From Asterias rubens (lineage: Eukaryota): a stretch of DNA of 64,000 nucleotides. Shown in pieces: positions 1-11,850 of the stretch. Position 1 is the stretch's first letter. Each line of letters opens with the position of its first letter. Where the stretch lies: contig NW_022985693.1 in NCBI RefSeq assembly GCF_902459465.1, forward strand, positions 372,001 through 436,000. The letters run 5' to 3'. The position numbers were made by a program, and so were the translations under genes. Below the pieces are notes generated by a model. The model did not search any database. It was not told the origin of the DNA and worked only from the letters and a program-made list of their open reading frames with translations.

Positions 1-1084
1 TCTATGTTTTGTCTATGTTTTATTCTCATGACTCATCATTGCTTGTATGTGAGGGTACTAATGCATAGAAACTCAACTTGTTTATTTTCCTTTCTTCCAG
101 ATTGACTTTTCAACATTCCTCATGACACACTAAGCATCATGAGGTGGACTCAAGCAACATGTGACAGTAAACTGAAGATGTAGAGGCATCACAGAAAGAC
201 AATGAACTCCTTGGCACTATTGGACCCAGACAGATTCCTAACATCTACTGCTATTTGAAATAATCAAACCATGGAGGAGTACATCGAGTGGTAGATTCTA
301 ATGATGGCCAAGATGAACTGCTCATAACACAAACTCAGAAGGTAGGTACAAAATGTATACTGCACTTAAAACTCAGATTGAACTCAAGTACAGTAGAGAC
401 TGCTCTGAATGCTTAAAATATGTAAACGAGTACGGACCAAGTGACTAAATTTAAAACAAAGGGTTTCTCTCTGTTTACAGTCAATTGACAACCCCACAAT
501 GGTCAGCAATGCAAAGGACACCATTCAAGGGTTTTTCTTTGTTTTTCTTTGTTTTATTTCTTCGGACAATACAACTCAAACAAGCACAGGCCGTCCAGGG
601 GAAGGCAAAAGTATAAAAAAACACCTGTTGTTAAAAAGATGTGCCCTCCCAGACCTAGATCAAAAAAGTAAACAATACAATGCTCTACATAACACATTTT
701 AAAATTTTAGTGAAAATTAAAACCAAAGATGGCAAGTAAAAGCAATACACACTCCCTAGCCCTCCCTACTGAAAATTCCAACACTTTGAATGTCAGGCAT
801 ATTGATGTGGCTGGGTGCCTTAGGTTCCCTGGCAAACCTGCTGCTCAAAACATTGTATCCTTAGCAATCTAGCTTTTCAGCTGCAAGTAAAGCTGACAAG
901 CCGCCCAAAAAAAACTATTCATTCAAGCTGGACATAGCTTTACTCAACACATTGGTTTACATGGATCTATTTTTAATCAGAATCATTAATAAAAACAGAG
1001 TTGTTCTAAATTTGAACAGCGGCTACAGAATGATCTCATGCGGATAGTGTATGACGTTAAGTGAATACGGTTGGGTTTTAATAC

Positions 1085-1984
1085 TAAGCTTGGGCGGTTC
1101 CAGAAATTTGGGGCTCGGTTCTGGTTCCGAAAAAAGTCGGTTCTGAGACATACCCGGTTCCAATTCAATATAAAACATAAGCCGCCCGTCCCGAGCTCAC
1201 ACACACACAATTGAGCCGATCTATTTTAACTGAAAATAACCAAGTTAATCAGACATCCGTCCCGAGCTCACACACACACAATTGCAGCCGATCTATTATT
1301 AACGAAAATACCAGAATACCCACCCCAAGTCAATCAGACATTGTGCCACCGAGCACCTATTCTCCCTGCATTTAAACAAGTCTTTGATTTAGCCGGCAGT
1401 TCATCCGTTGTATAGCAGTACGTCCGTAGTGCAGTACGTCCGTAGTGCAGTACGTCCGTAGTGCAGTACGTCCGTAGTGCAGTACGTCCGTAGTGCATGC
1501 AGTGTGTCGTCTCTGTACATACAAGTGTACATGCCTGTACATGCATACATTACTGTGTGTTTTGTGCATGGATGGGGCAAGCTTTTATGAATATGGATAT
1601 ATCAGCAGCCAATCACAACGTGCTGTCTATTTGGACTTTGGACTCTGTACATGTACATGCATGAGATATACATGTATAGATGCCTATGCATTGGAGGGGG
1701 CTGTGCACTGTGTATGCAGCCACACGTGATAGTTGATACTCATGTCGGCTTGAAGCCTTTGCACACTGTATCTGTGGTCACCGCTTTCAACATCAAGCCT
1801 CAATTTCTAGAGCCGGTTCGTCGCAGGATCGGCTCCACAGAGCCTTTTATAGTTGGGACTCGGTCTTTTAAAATCGGAACCGACAAAAGCGGGTACCCGG
1901 TTCCACAGAAGAGTGGAAACGCCGGTCCGGTTTTCAATTTGGAACCGGGTAGAACCGGGTAACCGAAGGAACCGCCCAAGCTTA
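1085..1984. mobile_element. Non-autonomous hAT-type DNA transposon (MITE)
   Basis: 17 bp perfect TIR TAAGCTTGGGCGGTTCC (1085-1101) / GGAACCGCCCAAGCTTA (1968-1984); 8 bp TSD tttaatac/ttttatac (7/8 match); clustered AACCG(G) subterminal motifs as in hAT-Ac elements; no transposase ORF. Confidence 0.85.
1415..1497 (+). repeat. 16 bp minisatellite (gcagtacgtccgtagt) x5 inside the hAT MITE
   Basis: Perfect tandem copies read directly. Confidence 0.95.
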
Positions 1985-2899
1985 TTTTATACAGCGGCGG
2001 TATTTTTTCGGAGTGAATAATTCGACTGCCTTGAGCAAGGCTTACCACATTGGTTTACATGGATCTATTTTTAATCATTAAGAAAAACAGAGTTGTTCTT
2101 TTTGAACTATTACCTTTTTATGGCCAAGTAGACATAGATGCCGGTTAATCACCATTTTACTCTAAAAATTTGCATTTAGTAATAAATAATTCAAGTAAAA
2201 AATGCACCTCTTTGCGCGGCTTTTTCAACCGAGAGTCAAAAACTGCTGTCATTGGCGCTTTTGTCCAAAAGTGTTTGTGCACAGTTCTCCAGCTTTGGCC
2301 AATTGAGGGCGCTATTTTCCACATAAAATAGCGCTGATGAAGCCACAATTCCTTTGTCGCGTGGGTTTGTTCGACCTCGAGTTTTTCAGAATTTCGCTCG
2401 GAGTCTTTCGGAGAAAAAAAACATTTTTACCATGTTTTAGCGTGAGGTAAGAGACCTATTCTTTTTTTCTTCTGTTTCCTATTTACTGTGACATCTATCA
2501 CAAAAATGTAACAACTAATATATCTGAGCTTTCTGTAGCCAGCCTTTAAATAAGATATGGATTGTCTCATAGAACCTGTGCACCTTTGCGGACAAGGGGT
2601 TTTGCCTAACTGAAGTAAGCCCTTCCTTATTAAAAAAAATGTGTGAAGTTTCATTACATGAACATCACATAAAATGTTAAACCTTATGACCTCTCCTTTC
2701 TTGTGTTTAGTGTGAAGTTTCCAACACAACCTTAACTGGAGCTCTTCGATGTCTGTTCGCCCAGCGCCTTGCCATGAACTACTGCGTATTGTTTCAACTC
2801 AGGGAATTATGTGACTACAGGGCGACTACATGTAACTGGATCGCTTTGATGTCTGTTCACCTCTCGTTGATAACACTCACCATGAACTACTGTTTGGTT

Positions 2900-3070
2900 T
2901 TACCAACCCAGGGAAGTAGGCATCTACAATACGTCAATGCTGGAACATTTCTCGACACGGCAGACAAACACTGAACTAAGGATCTTGGCCATCAGACTGA
3001 GATGACAATTGACAGAGGAGGTGATTTCTACAAGGACTCTTGGAAATCCAACCAGTGTTCATCATTGTCA
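2900..3070 (+). mobile_element. Possible Penelope-like element GIY-YIG C-terminal relic
   Basis: Conceptual peptide TEMTIDRGGDFYKDSWKS loosely resembles the NRDxG..W tail of PLE endonucleases; weak. Confidence 0.25.
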
Positions 3071-4439
3071 TCAAACAATGTTTAAAGCATGGACTGTTTC
3101 TTTGTTGATACTAACAATCTGTGAATGACTTCTTGGCTTCTTTAGGCCAAGTATTATATGTCATCAATTAATGGAACACTTAAGTGACACCATGATGACA
3201 TGATATGAGACTTTGCTCTTTGTGTGGAGATGCAGAACATTGAAAGATAACTCTTTGACCCCAGACTGACATGAGGTCACCTGGGGTCATAGTGAAGCAG
3301 AATATGGACATTTATCTGGAGGAATTGAACAGGATAATTTTTAATTGTTTACTTTGTATGAATTTTATTAGCCCCTCACAAAAAATAGTAAAAGGTAAAA
3401 TTTAAGAAGATGCAATGAAGGACAAATTATCATATCTGATGAGTATCAAATCCAATGATATAAGTTGTAAGGACAAGTTGGGATGTTTTACTGCAATCTC
3501 CTAAAACGTAAAACCAACAAAAATTCAACCAAGAAGTACACAAAGTTAGCATTACATGTGCTCAAACAATTCTATTCCTTAAAAAAGGTAGCACAAAATG
3601 CGATCTTGACAAAAAGGTCATTATAAAACCATAGAACTAATAAATGAGCAACATGTTTATTTGTACAATTCAATTTGTTAAAAGGTAGCACTAATTGACA
3701 AAAAGTCAATTTATACAAAACATTTCTGAGGAATACACTTAAACGATTTCACTTTTCCAGAAAGTGGTACATTTGAAAGCTGATTGACGAAAAACAAAAA
3801 GTACATTATTTGATACAAGCAGTTATTGTGAGGGGCTTATATAACTATAAGACTTGTGACCGCATGTTTACAAATAGGTCTTGAGCATAGACTTCTTGCT
3901 GCACAAAAAGTGTAGATGGGTTAAAAAGAAAAAAACATTCAATCTTGCATATTATGAACACTTGTTTCAGTTTTTTGTTCGGGGAAAAGGGGAGCAACTG
4001 ACAATTTGTCAGCTGTTGTCTTTTATCAAATGTTAGGTTTTTATGTTGAAAATCTGGTACAAAATGTAAACTTGCGGGAAATGCCATGCATTGCTCAAGA
4101 TCCATCTTTTTGTAAGCATGTGGTATGTATAAGATAAATGGTACAGCATTGGTTACTTTAGTTAGGATTTAATGAAGTACATTCCAAAGTCAGTCTGTAA
4201 TTGAATAATGATATACTCAAATATTTTAAAGCAAAATACTTGTTGAAATTATTACCCAAAACCAATCTCCAATGAAAACATACACAAGTTTTAAAACTGT
4301 TTTTCTTTTCTTCTTTTCTTGACACCAATCTACAGGCGTACACTTTTGAGATAAGTTACCAAAACCCATTACAATAAATAGAAATGGAAACAACTTTTAC
4401 TAAGAACAAATTTACAAGGTAGATTTGTTTTTAGACAGG

Positions 4440-4610
4440 TTTCAACTTTTGATGACGTACATTGTATCTTTAAAACTGCCACTTTTGCCAGATAACACTA
4501 GATCATTTCAAAAGTGAGTCCAAAACTATGGAACATCATTCCCTTTGACACAAGGGTTGACGATTCTCTTGCCATTTTCAGAAAACATCTTCAATATTTA
4601 TTCCATGAAA
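4440..4610 (+). mobile_element. L2/CR1-group LINE ORF2 3'-end relic
   Basis: SPKLWNIIPFDTRVDDSLAIFRKHL matches the P.LWN.LP...R...S...F.K.L C-terminal motif of CR1-group ORF2 (compare APRIWNSLPLNLRSCLCTAKFKSLL in the L2 at 52 kb). Confidence 0.65.
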
Positions 4611-5609
4611 CCCAGGTATTTCCTTTTCAAGTGATCTCTCTTATAAAACTATTGTTTGAATTCAAATTTAGTATTGTTATTGTAACCAATGCTGTACCTT
4701 AATGGTTTATGGTTTTTAAAATAATAGTCCTAGGGGAAACACAAAGAGTGCATGTTGGTAGCTGGATACAAGATTGGTGATACATGAACTGTCCACATTT
4801 CTGAAACCACAAAGTATTTAAATGCATGTACACTAGTTGTATCTGCTGATGTGACAGTGTTCATACATGCTCCTATACATTGTTACAAGTAATACTCTCT
4901 TTAATTACTCTACTGACTTTGTCAGATGACAGGTCAGAATGAGAAGGATAAGAAAGGAACTCTTAGTTTTTTACAGTATTTTAAATACAAATCTGTATGA
5001 TAAACACAAAACTCAATATTTTTGAAAAGTGAAAAAAACCTTGAATTACTTACTTATTGAGATAAGATGTGGAACTTATTTACAATTATTGACGCTGATT
5101 CCAGCTGGAAAAAATCGTCAATTGACAAGAATGCAGCACTCTCCCAAATGCATGATGACTCCATCTACATATCCAAACTATGCATTCTTGACACTTGTAG
5201 CCTAGTGGTTAGGGGAAAACCCCTAAATGACACACACTTTATGATTTGTCTTTCCATTATGGCAAATCTTTGCAGTGAGATTGGGATATTGGTAAAAGGT
5301 AGTGAGATGGTCACTGAAACTAGCAGGGCCGTCCTCACATTTGACTAGGCAGACATCGAGTTGTACTTTACCAAGTTTGCTATCCAAAATGTTTCATATT
5401 GTGGCAGTTCTTGTGTTAACCAGTCTTGTACCCTAAGATTGTTTCATATTTGCTGCATTTCAAAATGATTGCCAAAACTTCTTTTTTTAAATTCTGGATC
5501 TTCCTTTTACTCTCAAATTTCCATATGCAACATTCCACTTTTTCGAATTTTTCAATGAAATCCAATGCAGTGTTACTCATGAAACATTTAACTGTGTTCT
5601 ACCAACAGC

Positions 5610-6010
5610 TCATGAATGTATCCCCTCCCCTTTTTGGCACCCCGGTGCATGCAAGCCATCCTGGTACTCGCACGAGTGTTCCTGGCCTGCAGGTGTCGGC
5701 AGGCTGGTCGGTGGGTTGCCCTCTGTCTGCATTTAACTGGCGTTTGGCTGTTTGTGATGTGTCATCTTTCCCGATCATGTAGTCTGGATGAATCAAGGAC
5801 CCAAAGTTGGCTACAACATGGTAGGGTCTTTTGAACTTTAATAACCAGTTCTTTCCATAGAGAACGATGTGTCTACTACTCCTCCAGGCATTGTGCTTGG
5901 ACAGAACACCTTCAACACCTACTCTGAAATTCTCACTGTAACTTCTGGACTTGGAGTTGTCTCATGAGTCTACGATCAATGACGGTGAAATATGAACCTA
6001 TGGTGCACAT
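5610..6010 (-). mobile_element. Gypsy-like LTR retrotransposon 3' relic (integrase C-terminus plus polypurine tract)
   Basis: Minus-strand peptide ...SENFRVGVEGVL...LLKFKRPYHVV...DYMIG...RPGTLVRVPGWL resembles the GPY/F region and end of Gypsy pol; followed by purine tract aaaaaggggaggggata (complement at ~5619-5636). Confidence 0.5.
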
Positions 6011-6049
6011 TTAGAGTTGTTCTGACATCTGTGTGATAACAGTCACTAC

Positions 6050-9000
6050 CTCAGCTTGCCAAATCATGTAGATAATGTCTCCATCTTATTCTCTCTGCTC
6101 TGCATTATATATTCAACCCCCAAATCACTTTTGATCTCTGAAAATGAGATTCAACATTTACCTGATCTAAAACCTGAAAATAAAAAAAGCCCAAAGAAAC
6201 TAGTACATGAGTTAATTCAACTATTTAGGAAATGTTCCTCAAGAGAAATACAAAAAACAAATCTACTTCATGAGCACAAATAGTAATAAACTACACTATC
6301 TAGATTAAATTCTGATGAATAAATAGACAATTTCTTATTAGGTAGTACATTCAATGAAATCAGATAATGCCACTACCTTTTGGAAAACACAAAATCAATT
6401 CTTGAGAATCGCTGTAGGTCATGTAATGATCATTAAATAGGCACTTGTCAGTAGGCAGCAAAAAATACTGAAAACAATAACAAGTTTAAAATATTAAAAA
6501 GGAAACTATGAAGCACAAAGTTGCAATCTGAAGATTTTTATTGAAAAAACTGAAATGCCTCTGGAATTCTAGAGTGCTAATCCACCTCCAATTAAGTCCA
6601 AATTGTTGCACAAAAGATGTTGCCAACAAAATATATAAACCTTGTCATGCTAGGAAAATGTAAGTTTAAAATCAAAGTTCAAAAACGAATCCCAAGAGGA
6701 GGCAATTATAGAAATACAAATTGGATTCTGAACATCTTTCTGATGTTCAAATAGTTCCAAAGCTATAAAGGATATGAAATAAAATAGACATTTTGTCCAC
6801 AAATGTGAAGATAAACATTCACAGGAGATTAAATCAAAACAAGTTGGTGAATTTAAAACCGACTATCTTGTGCTAAATCTTTTCACTCAAAAAGCTTTTG
6901 CCAAAAGCATCAGCTTGAACAAAATACCTGATGAAGGTTTCCTGCACTGTTCCACTGAACAGAATTTAAAAAGGTCAACATTGTCTGACATCCAGACTGT
7001 CTCAAAATTGACTAGTATAGAGGACACCATATTATGAGGCACCAGTCTATGTTAGACATCAGCCTCATATTGGTTGTCATGAAGTTGTGTGTTAGAAAAC
7101 CAAGATTAAAAACCAATCTTTAAAAAGAGGCCTTTTAAACTGTATTTAACTTGTAGCCCTGAAAATAACAAAAATGTTAATAGAGTGTTGCAGTCATAAA
7201 TCAATGAAGTTATATTACTTTAAAATTGAAAAGTAATAAATCAACAATTGAATATTGACCTTTCTGGCTAGACTGCAACACAAGGTCCCACATAGGGGAT
7301 AAAATAGGATTCCAAACTCTTCAAACATCTGTAAAACAAAATGACCTGGTGTGTAGATGGAGAGCACCATACTATAACTAGGGCTGTAAATGGGGCGATG
7401 TGGTGGAGGTCTGTCCCCCCGTAGTCATGGAAACTTTGGTGTCCGATACGGGGGTCCCAGTCCTGTCAGATAGGTCCATGGTCATTTTAATTGAAGTTTG
7501 AATTCATGTACTGTAACTATACATCCTCAATAATGTGTATCTAGGAGTAGTGTGCATAACAGATAGTCTTCAATCAAAGGCAATATGAAGCATTAAGGGT
7601 CTTAGGAAAACAAGATTGTATGAAAACAACAAGAGGATTGTTACAGCCAGAATGTAACAACCTTAAAGATGGAATCAAGGCATGGTCATATCTGAAGGTT
7701 ACAAATCAAATGTTTTAGGCATCAGACAAAAACCTGCTTTTGAATCACATGAAATTATTCAAAAGTAACAGTTGTTTACAGCAGTGAAGAGACCAGCTGA
7801 TATTTCTTTGAAGTTAATGGAATCTTTCAGAAAGAAACAATGATGAAATAAAAACCATCATGGCAGATGCTGGTTGTTATTGAATGAGATACCAGTCCAA
7901 ACAAGAAGATAGAAATCATGGGCTGTAGCAGGCACTGAGCCCTTGTAAAATCACACTCTGTGAATAGTCAGCGCTTTCTGTGAAGTTTAAAAAAAAACAA
8001 TTCAAGCTCAAAATTATACAAACAAAATCCCTTTTGCTAGCCACTGAAGTCAAACCATGAACAGCTAATCATTTTCTCTTGGGGAAACTGTTCAACTTGA
8101 GTAGAGTCTATCTAGAGTACATGTACTCAACTACATGTACTATCAATCCTATCCTGCCATGCCTTGAAATTCTCATGAAGGGTCACAAACTTTCTAAAAG
8201 TTTCTGATGAGGCCTGGTTGAGTGATCATCTCAATTTTTGTGGCCGTTAGTTATAATAACAAGTGAATGACCAAACCACTGTTTGGATGGATAAATTTGG
8301 TCTGAATTTAAAGTTAAGGAAAGGCCTTGTATTTTCCAAAATGGAAACATGTTGGACCTCAAAAATGACGCAGTCATTTTGATAAAGATGTCCTGGAAGT
8401 CCTTCAAAGTGTTTGTTTGTCTTTTTTTTCCCAGACGTAATCTGTTTTTCACTACCATCTTAGAGATAGTCACGGATTTAAACTAAATTGTCGCTCTTTT
8501 TGTTTCATTAAATTACAAAGACAAGACTCAATTGTTAGCTCAATTTCGATATGATGCTGAAAGTGCCTTACCCCTGGTCATCTCAGCATCATCAATTCCT
8601 GAATCTCGTAAATTCACCATTATCTGAGCTTCTCATACTCATCCTGGAGCTACAGTTATTCTAAGTAGCCAGTACTTTAACTAAAACAAATGACTAAACA
8701 TTTGGCTCAATCTTATCTGGATGGCACACTGCTAGGGTTGACTCTCCCCACAAAGTCAGAATTTTAAAGATGAAGGACTTTCAGGACATCATAAAAACCC
8801 TGCTTGGTATTGTTGCAACCTTGTTCCCTCCAACAGCCCATATTAACTAGAGTGGTTTGCAAAGAAACAATGATTGGAATACCTGTATGGGTGTGAATCA
8901 ATCTACCTTCTTATGGCATCACACCTACTGGTGCAAGAGTAGACTCTTTGGACTGAGTGTGTTCTCTTAACAGATAAGACCATAACCAATTATTGTTTGG

Positions 9001-11850
9001 GTGAAGAACTCTAGAGAAGAGATTGGTAGATACAGTTGGTTTACTTCCCAACACTAGTCAATCTATCAATAGATTACTTGGTCTACCATCGTGGAATGTC
9101 ATAAAGGTATTCCAAAATACCATGTATGATGTATGTATACTTGAGGTCAAACCTGACAAAATGAACTTGCAAACCACATTTTGAAGTGTCCCATGTTTAT
9201 AAAGTAGAGAGGATTACAACTGGAACAAGGTTGGTATTGACCTATTGTCATTTGCATCTTGACCCTATTCCGAGGGAAACAATTTGCGTCTTACATAGAA
9301 CACAGTAGATGAAAGGTTGATTTACATATCAACATGTACATTAACAAAGCTTTACATTGTCCGTTAAGCAGCTTGCACAATATTGAGCATCAAAACATAC
9401 TAATATATGTCCACTTACCTACATGAGAGTGTTAGTGTATACACAGTGCATTCACATGTACCATATTCAAGCAGTCATATATCATAGATGACATGATCTT
9501 AGACACCAACTGTCAATCAAAATAAGTCCAGGTTTTAGTGGATGGCACCATTGTAAGATTTGTGCTTTAAATCTTCTAGACAACTGAAACATCTTAAGGT
9601 AAACATACCCTAATATCTAAGTGTTTGTAATTGATGAAGTGCAAACCATAAAGCTCAAACTGTGCAACTACTTTCTATGAAAACAACAACCTTTGCTCAG
9701 CAATGACCTTATGCAGTAGTGTCATGACATCTGAGAGGTAAAGCAATGATGAAACAATAGAAAACACACATCTATGTATGGCTCACAGAATGGGCCAATA
9801 AGCAACCTTCTGTTGATCTCTAGCTGAGGGGACTCTGCTCAAATAATGTTATGTGCATAAGGTCTATAGCAAGAGTTGTTTAGAGGGCCTAAGAAATGTA
9901 AGCTTGTGTCACATGGTCTAGACTTGGGAATGTCCCTCTGTCTTAGATCAGGCTGGTCATAATGAAGACGCATAGATAAATGACAATAGGTCAATATCCT
10001 TTGATTGAAGACTATCAACTAAGCTCCATGCATTTTAGGGCTGTATACACCATTGGTCTTAGCCAAATCAGAAAGGAACAGCACAACAGTTTTTAAGAGA
10101 GAAAGATCACTGCTCAAACAGTATTTGTTAAATGTTTTTCAAGGGAAAAATGAATGATTATCAGTTAGTAATTTTGAAGCTGAGTAGCTTGAACAAACAG
10201 AAATAGTCCAGTAACTCATAAAGGCTGCCTGCAAAAGAAATAATTATGAATGTTCATAGATTTGAAACAGTACAGTGTTTGATGTTGAAGCCAAATTTCT
10301 TGATCACATAGAAATATTTCAAGAACTCATTAGAAAGGCAGCCTGTAAAAGCTTTAAATTATGATGGGTTTTTATGTTAGGGGAGTCAAGGAAAGATCAC
10401 ACTCTCACACACTCAAAGGGGAAATATTTTCTTTTTAGTGCAATGTAGAACCATATCAAACACAGAAATGAATTGGATTCTGAGCAATGCTGTGCGTCAA
10501 ACTTGAGAATTCCTTGTAAAATCTTAAAACATAACATAGAGGGATTAGGGGATGTTTGTGGTGACTCAATACCAATGGTGTATACAGCCTTTATTCAGAC
10601 ATTCTAATATTTATAACTAGCCACTTGTACTTTAGTAACAAGACAGACAGTGATCATTTATCAGGTCAGTAACAATTAGATTGGATTCGCTGCTGAAAAT
10701 AGGAAAACTACAGCCAGTTAAATATGGTAGATGATGGTACTTAATATACTGCCTGTATAGGACTCACCTTCAGTAACATGTAGCTTCTGACTTTCTTTTA
10801 GTGTTGTTGAAGCCGTTGTCATCAAGCAGGTTGTGGGTGGTATAGCTTTGAAGTTAACAAGGTAGATGAGAAGTAGAAATAGCTCACTTAGGATTGTTAA
10901 GTTGATACTTGGTGTTCAATATTATCCTACTGGATAAATAAGACTTGCATTCACAAGGTTGTGGGTCCAAATCCTACCAGGCTATTCCCTGATGGTTATG
11001 ATTTTTCAATAATAGTTTTAAGCACAATCAGGAAAATGCTCAGTTCATAAAACCCACACTAGATATGATAGTGATACAGAGATCAAGTTTCAGAGAAGGA
11101 ATTTAGTTGAGAGGTTTTCCAGAAAGAAAACAAAATGTTAATTTAGCAAGACTACAGGCACCATGGAAGTTTTATAACATGAAGATGGGGATAATACAAG
11201 CATTAGTAGTTCTCTTATCATCCTTACGTTGGTGACAGCAAAAACAAGATATTTGATTCATTTTATGCTCTAGGTAGGCAAATATGAAAACAAATCTGGT
11301 TTGTTGAGTTTCAAGTGTGCTTTGGACACCAGAATAAAAGTAATAAACAATATTCTAAATGATCAAACAGTGATTCTAATAGAATGCAATTTAAATGAGT
11401 GTAGGATAGATCATCCAGCATGTAGGAAGCTACTCAAAGTCTAAGGTACAGTAACAAGATACGGTTTGAATTGCGTTGCTATAGAATGTAACTATGTAGA
11501 CAATGGGTAGCATACAATTACAACTTAGAGCAGGCTCTGGGAAATTCTATATTTTTAGGCAGGAATCGGTTACATTTGATAGAACATGTAGTAAAAAGCA
11601 AAAGTTGAGACTCTCGCTTGAAATAAGAAGATAAGTCAGTAATTAGAGACAGTAATTAAACCCACTGTGGATTTAACTAAGACCAAGGAGTAGTTTACAT
11701 AATTCACTGTGGAAAATAGCTCTCTTAGGATTCTCTCTTATGAAACTATTGACAGTTATTCTTTCTACCTAAATCTGATTTTGGATTTGTTAGTCTCAGA
11801 ATAATCAGCATAGTTTGTATTAAGTAGCATGAAAAGTTCTACAATTTAGG
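6050..11850 (+). pseudogene. Degenerate endogenous viral element: Bunyaviricetes-like L (RdRp) gene
   Basis: Ordered decayed motifs: FAKKQ*...GCESIYLL (8856-8912, pre-A/F), LVQE...LTDKTITN (to 8990), MYVYLRSNLTK*T (9129-9167, motif A DxxKW), NMYINKALHCPLSSLH (9331-9378, motif B), SYIIDDMIL (9475-9501, motif C), MKCKP*SS and TFYENNN (9634-9690, motifs D/E). F and A share one frame; B, C, D and E share another. Many stops; outer boundaries inferred from composition only. Confidence 0.62.
7310..7505. mobile_element. Small inverted-repeat element (MITE-like) inserted in the putative EVE
   Basis: ttcaaac...aaaatgacc (7320-7347) versus ggtcatttt...gtttgaa (7480-7502); interior is GC-richer than the flanks. 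Confidence 0.4.

Larger units (their letters stand above)
948..2106 (+). repeat. Diverged ~65 bp direct repeat pair (948-1017 and 2046-2106) bracketing the hAT MITE
   Basis: cacattggtttacatggatctatttttaatc...aaaaacagagttgttct..tttgaac occurs at both positions. Confidence 0.8.

Noticed and set aside
101-341. Exon-like segment with good acceptor (ttcttccag) and donor (gtaggt)
   Set aside because: Stops in all three frames and no partner exon identifiable; may be a UTR/lncRNA exon but is unsupported.
4960-5600. Possible L1/Tx1-like coding relic on the minus strand
   Set aside because: Only vague similarity; its position after the purine tract fits a decayed LTR equally well.
9590-9650. Walker-B-like VFVIDEV in an alternative frame
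   Set aside because: No Walker A motif nearby, and the overlapping frame fits RdRp motifs D/E in register with B and C.
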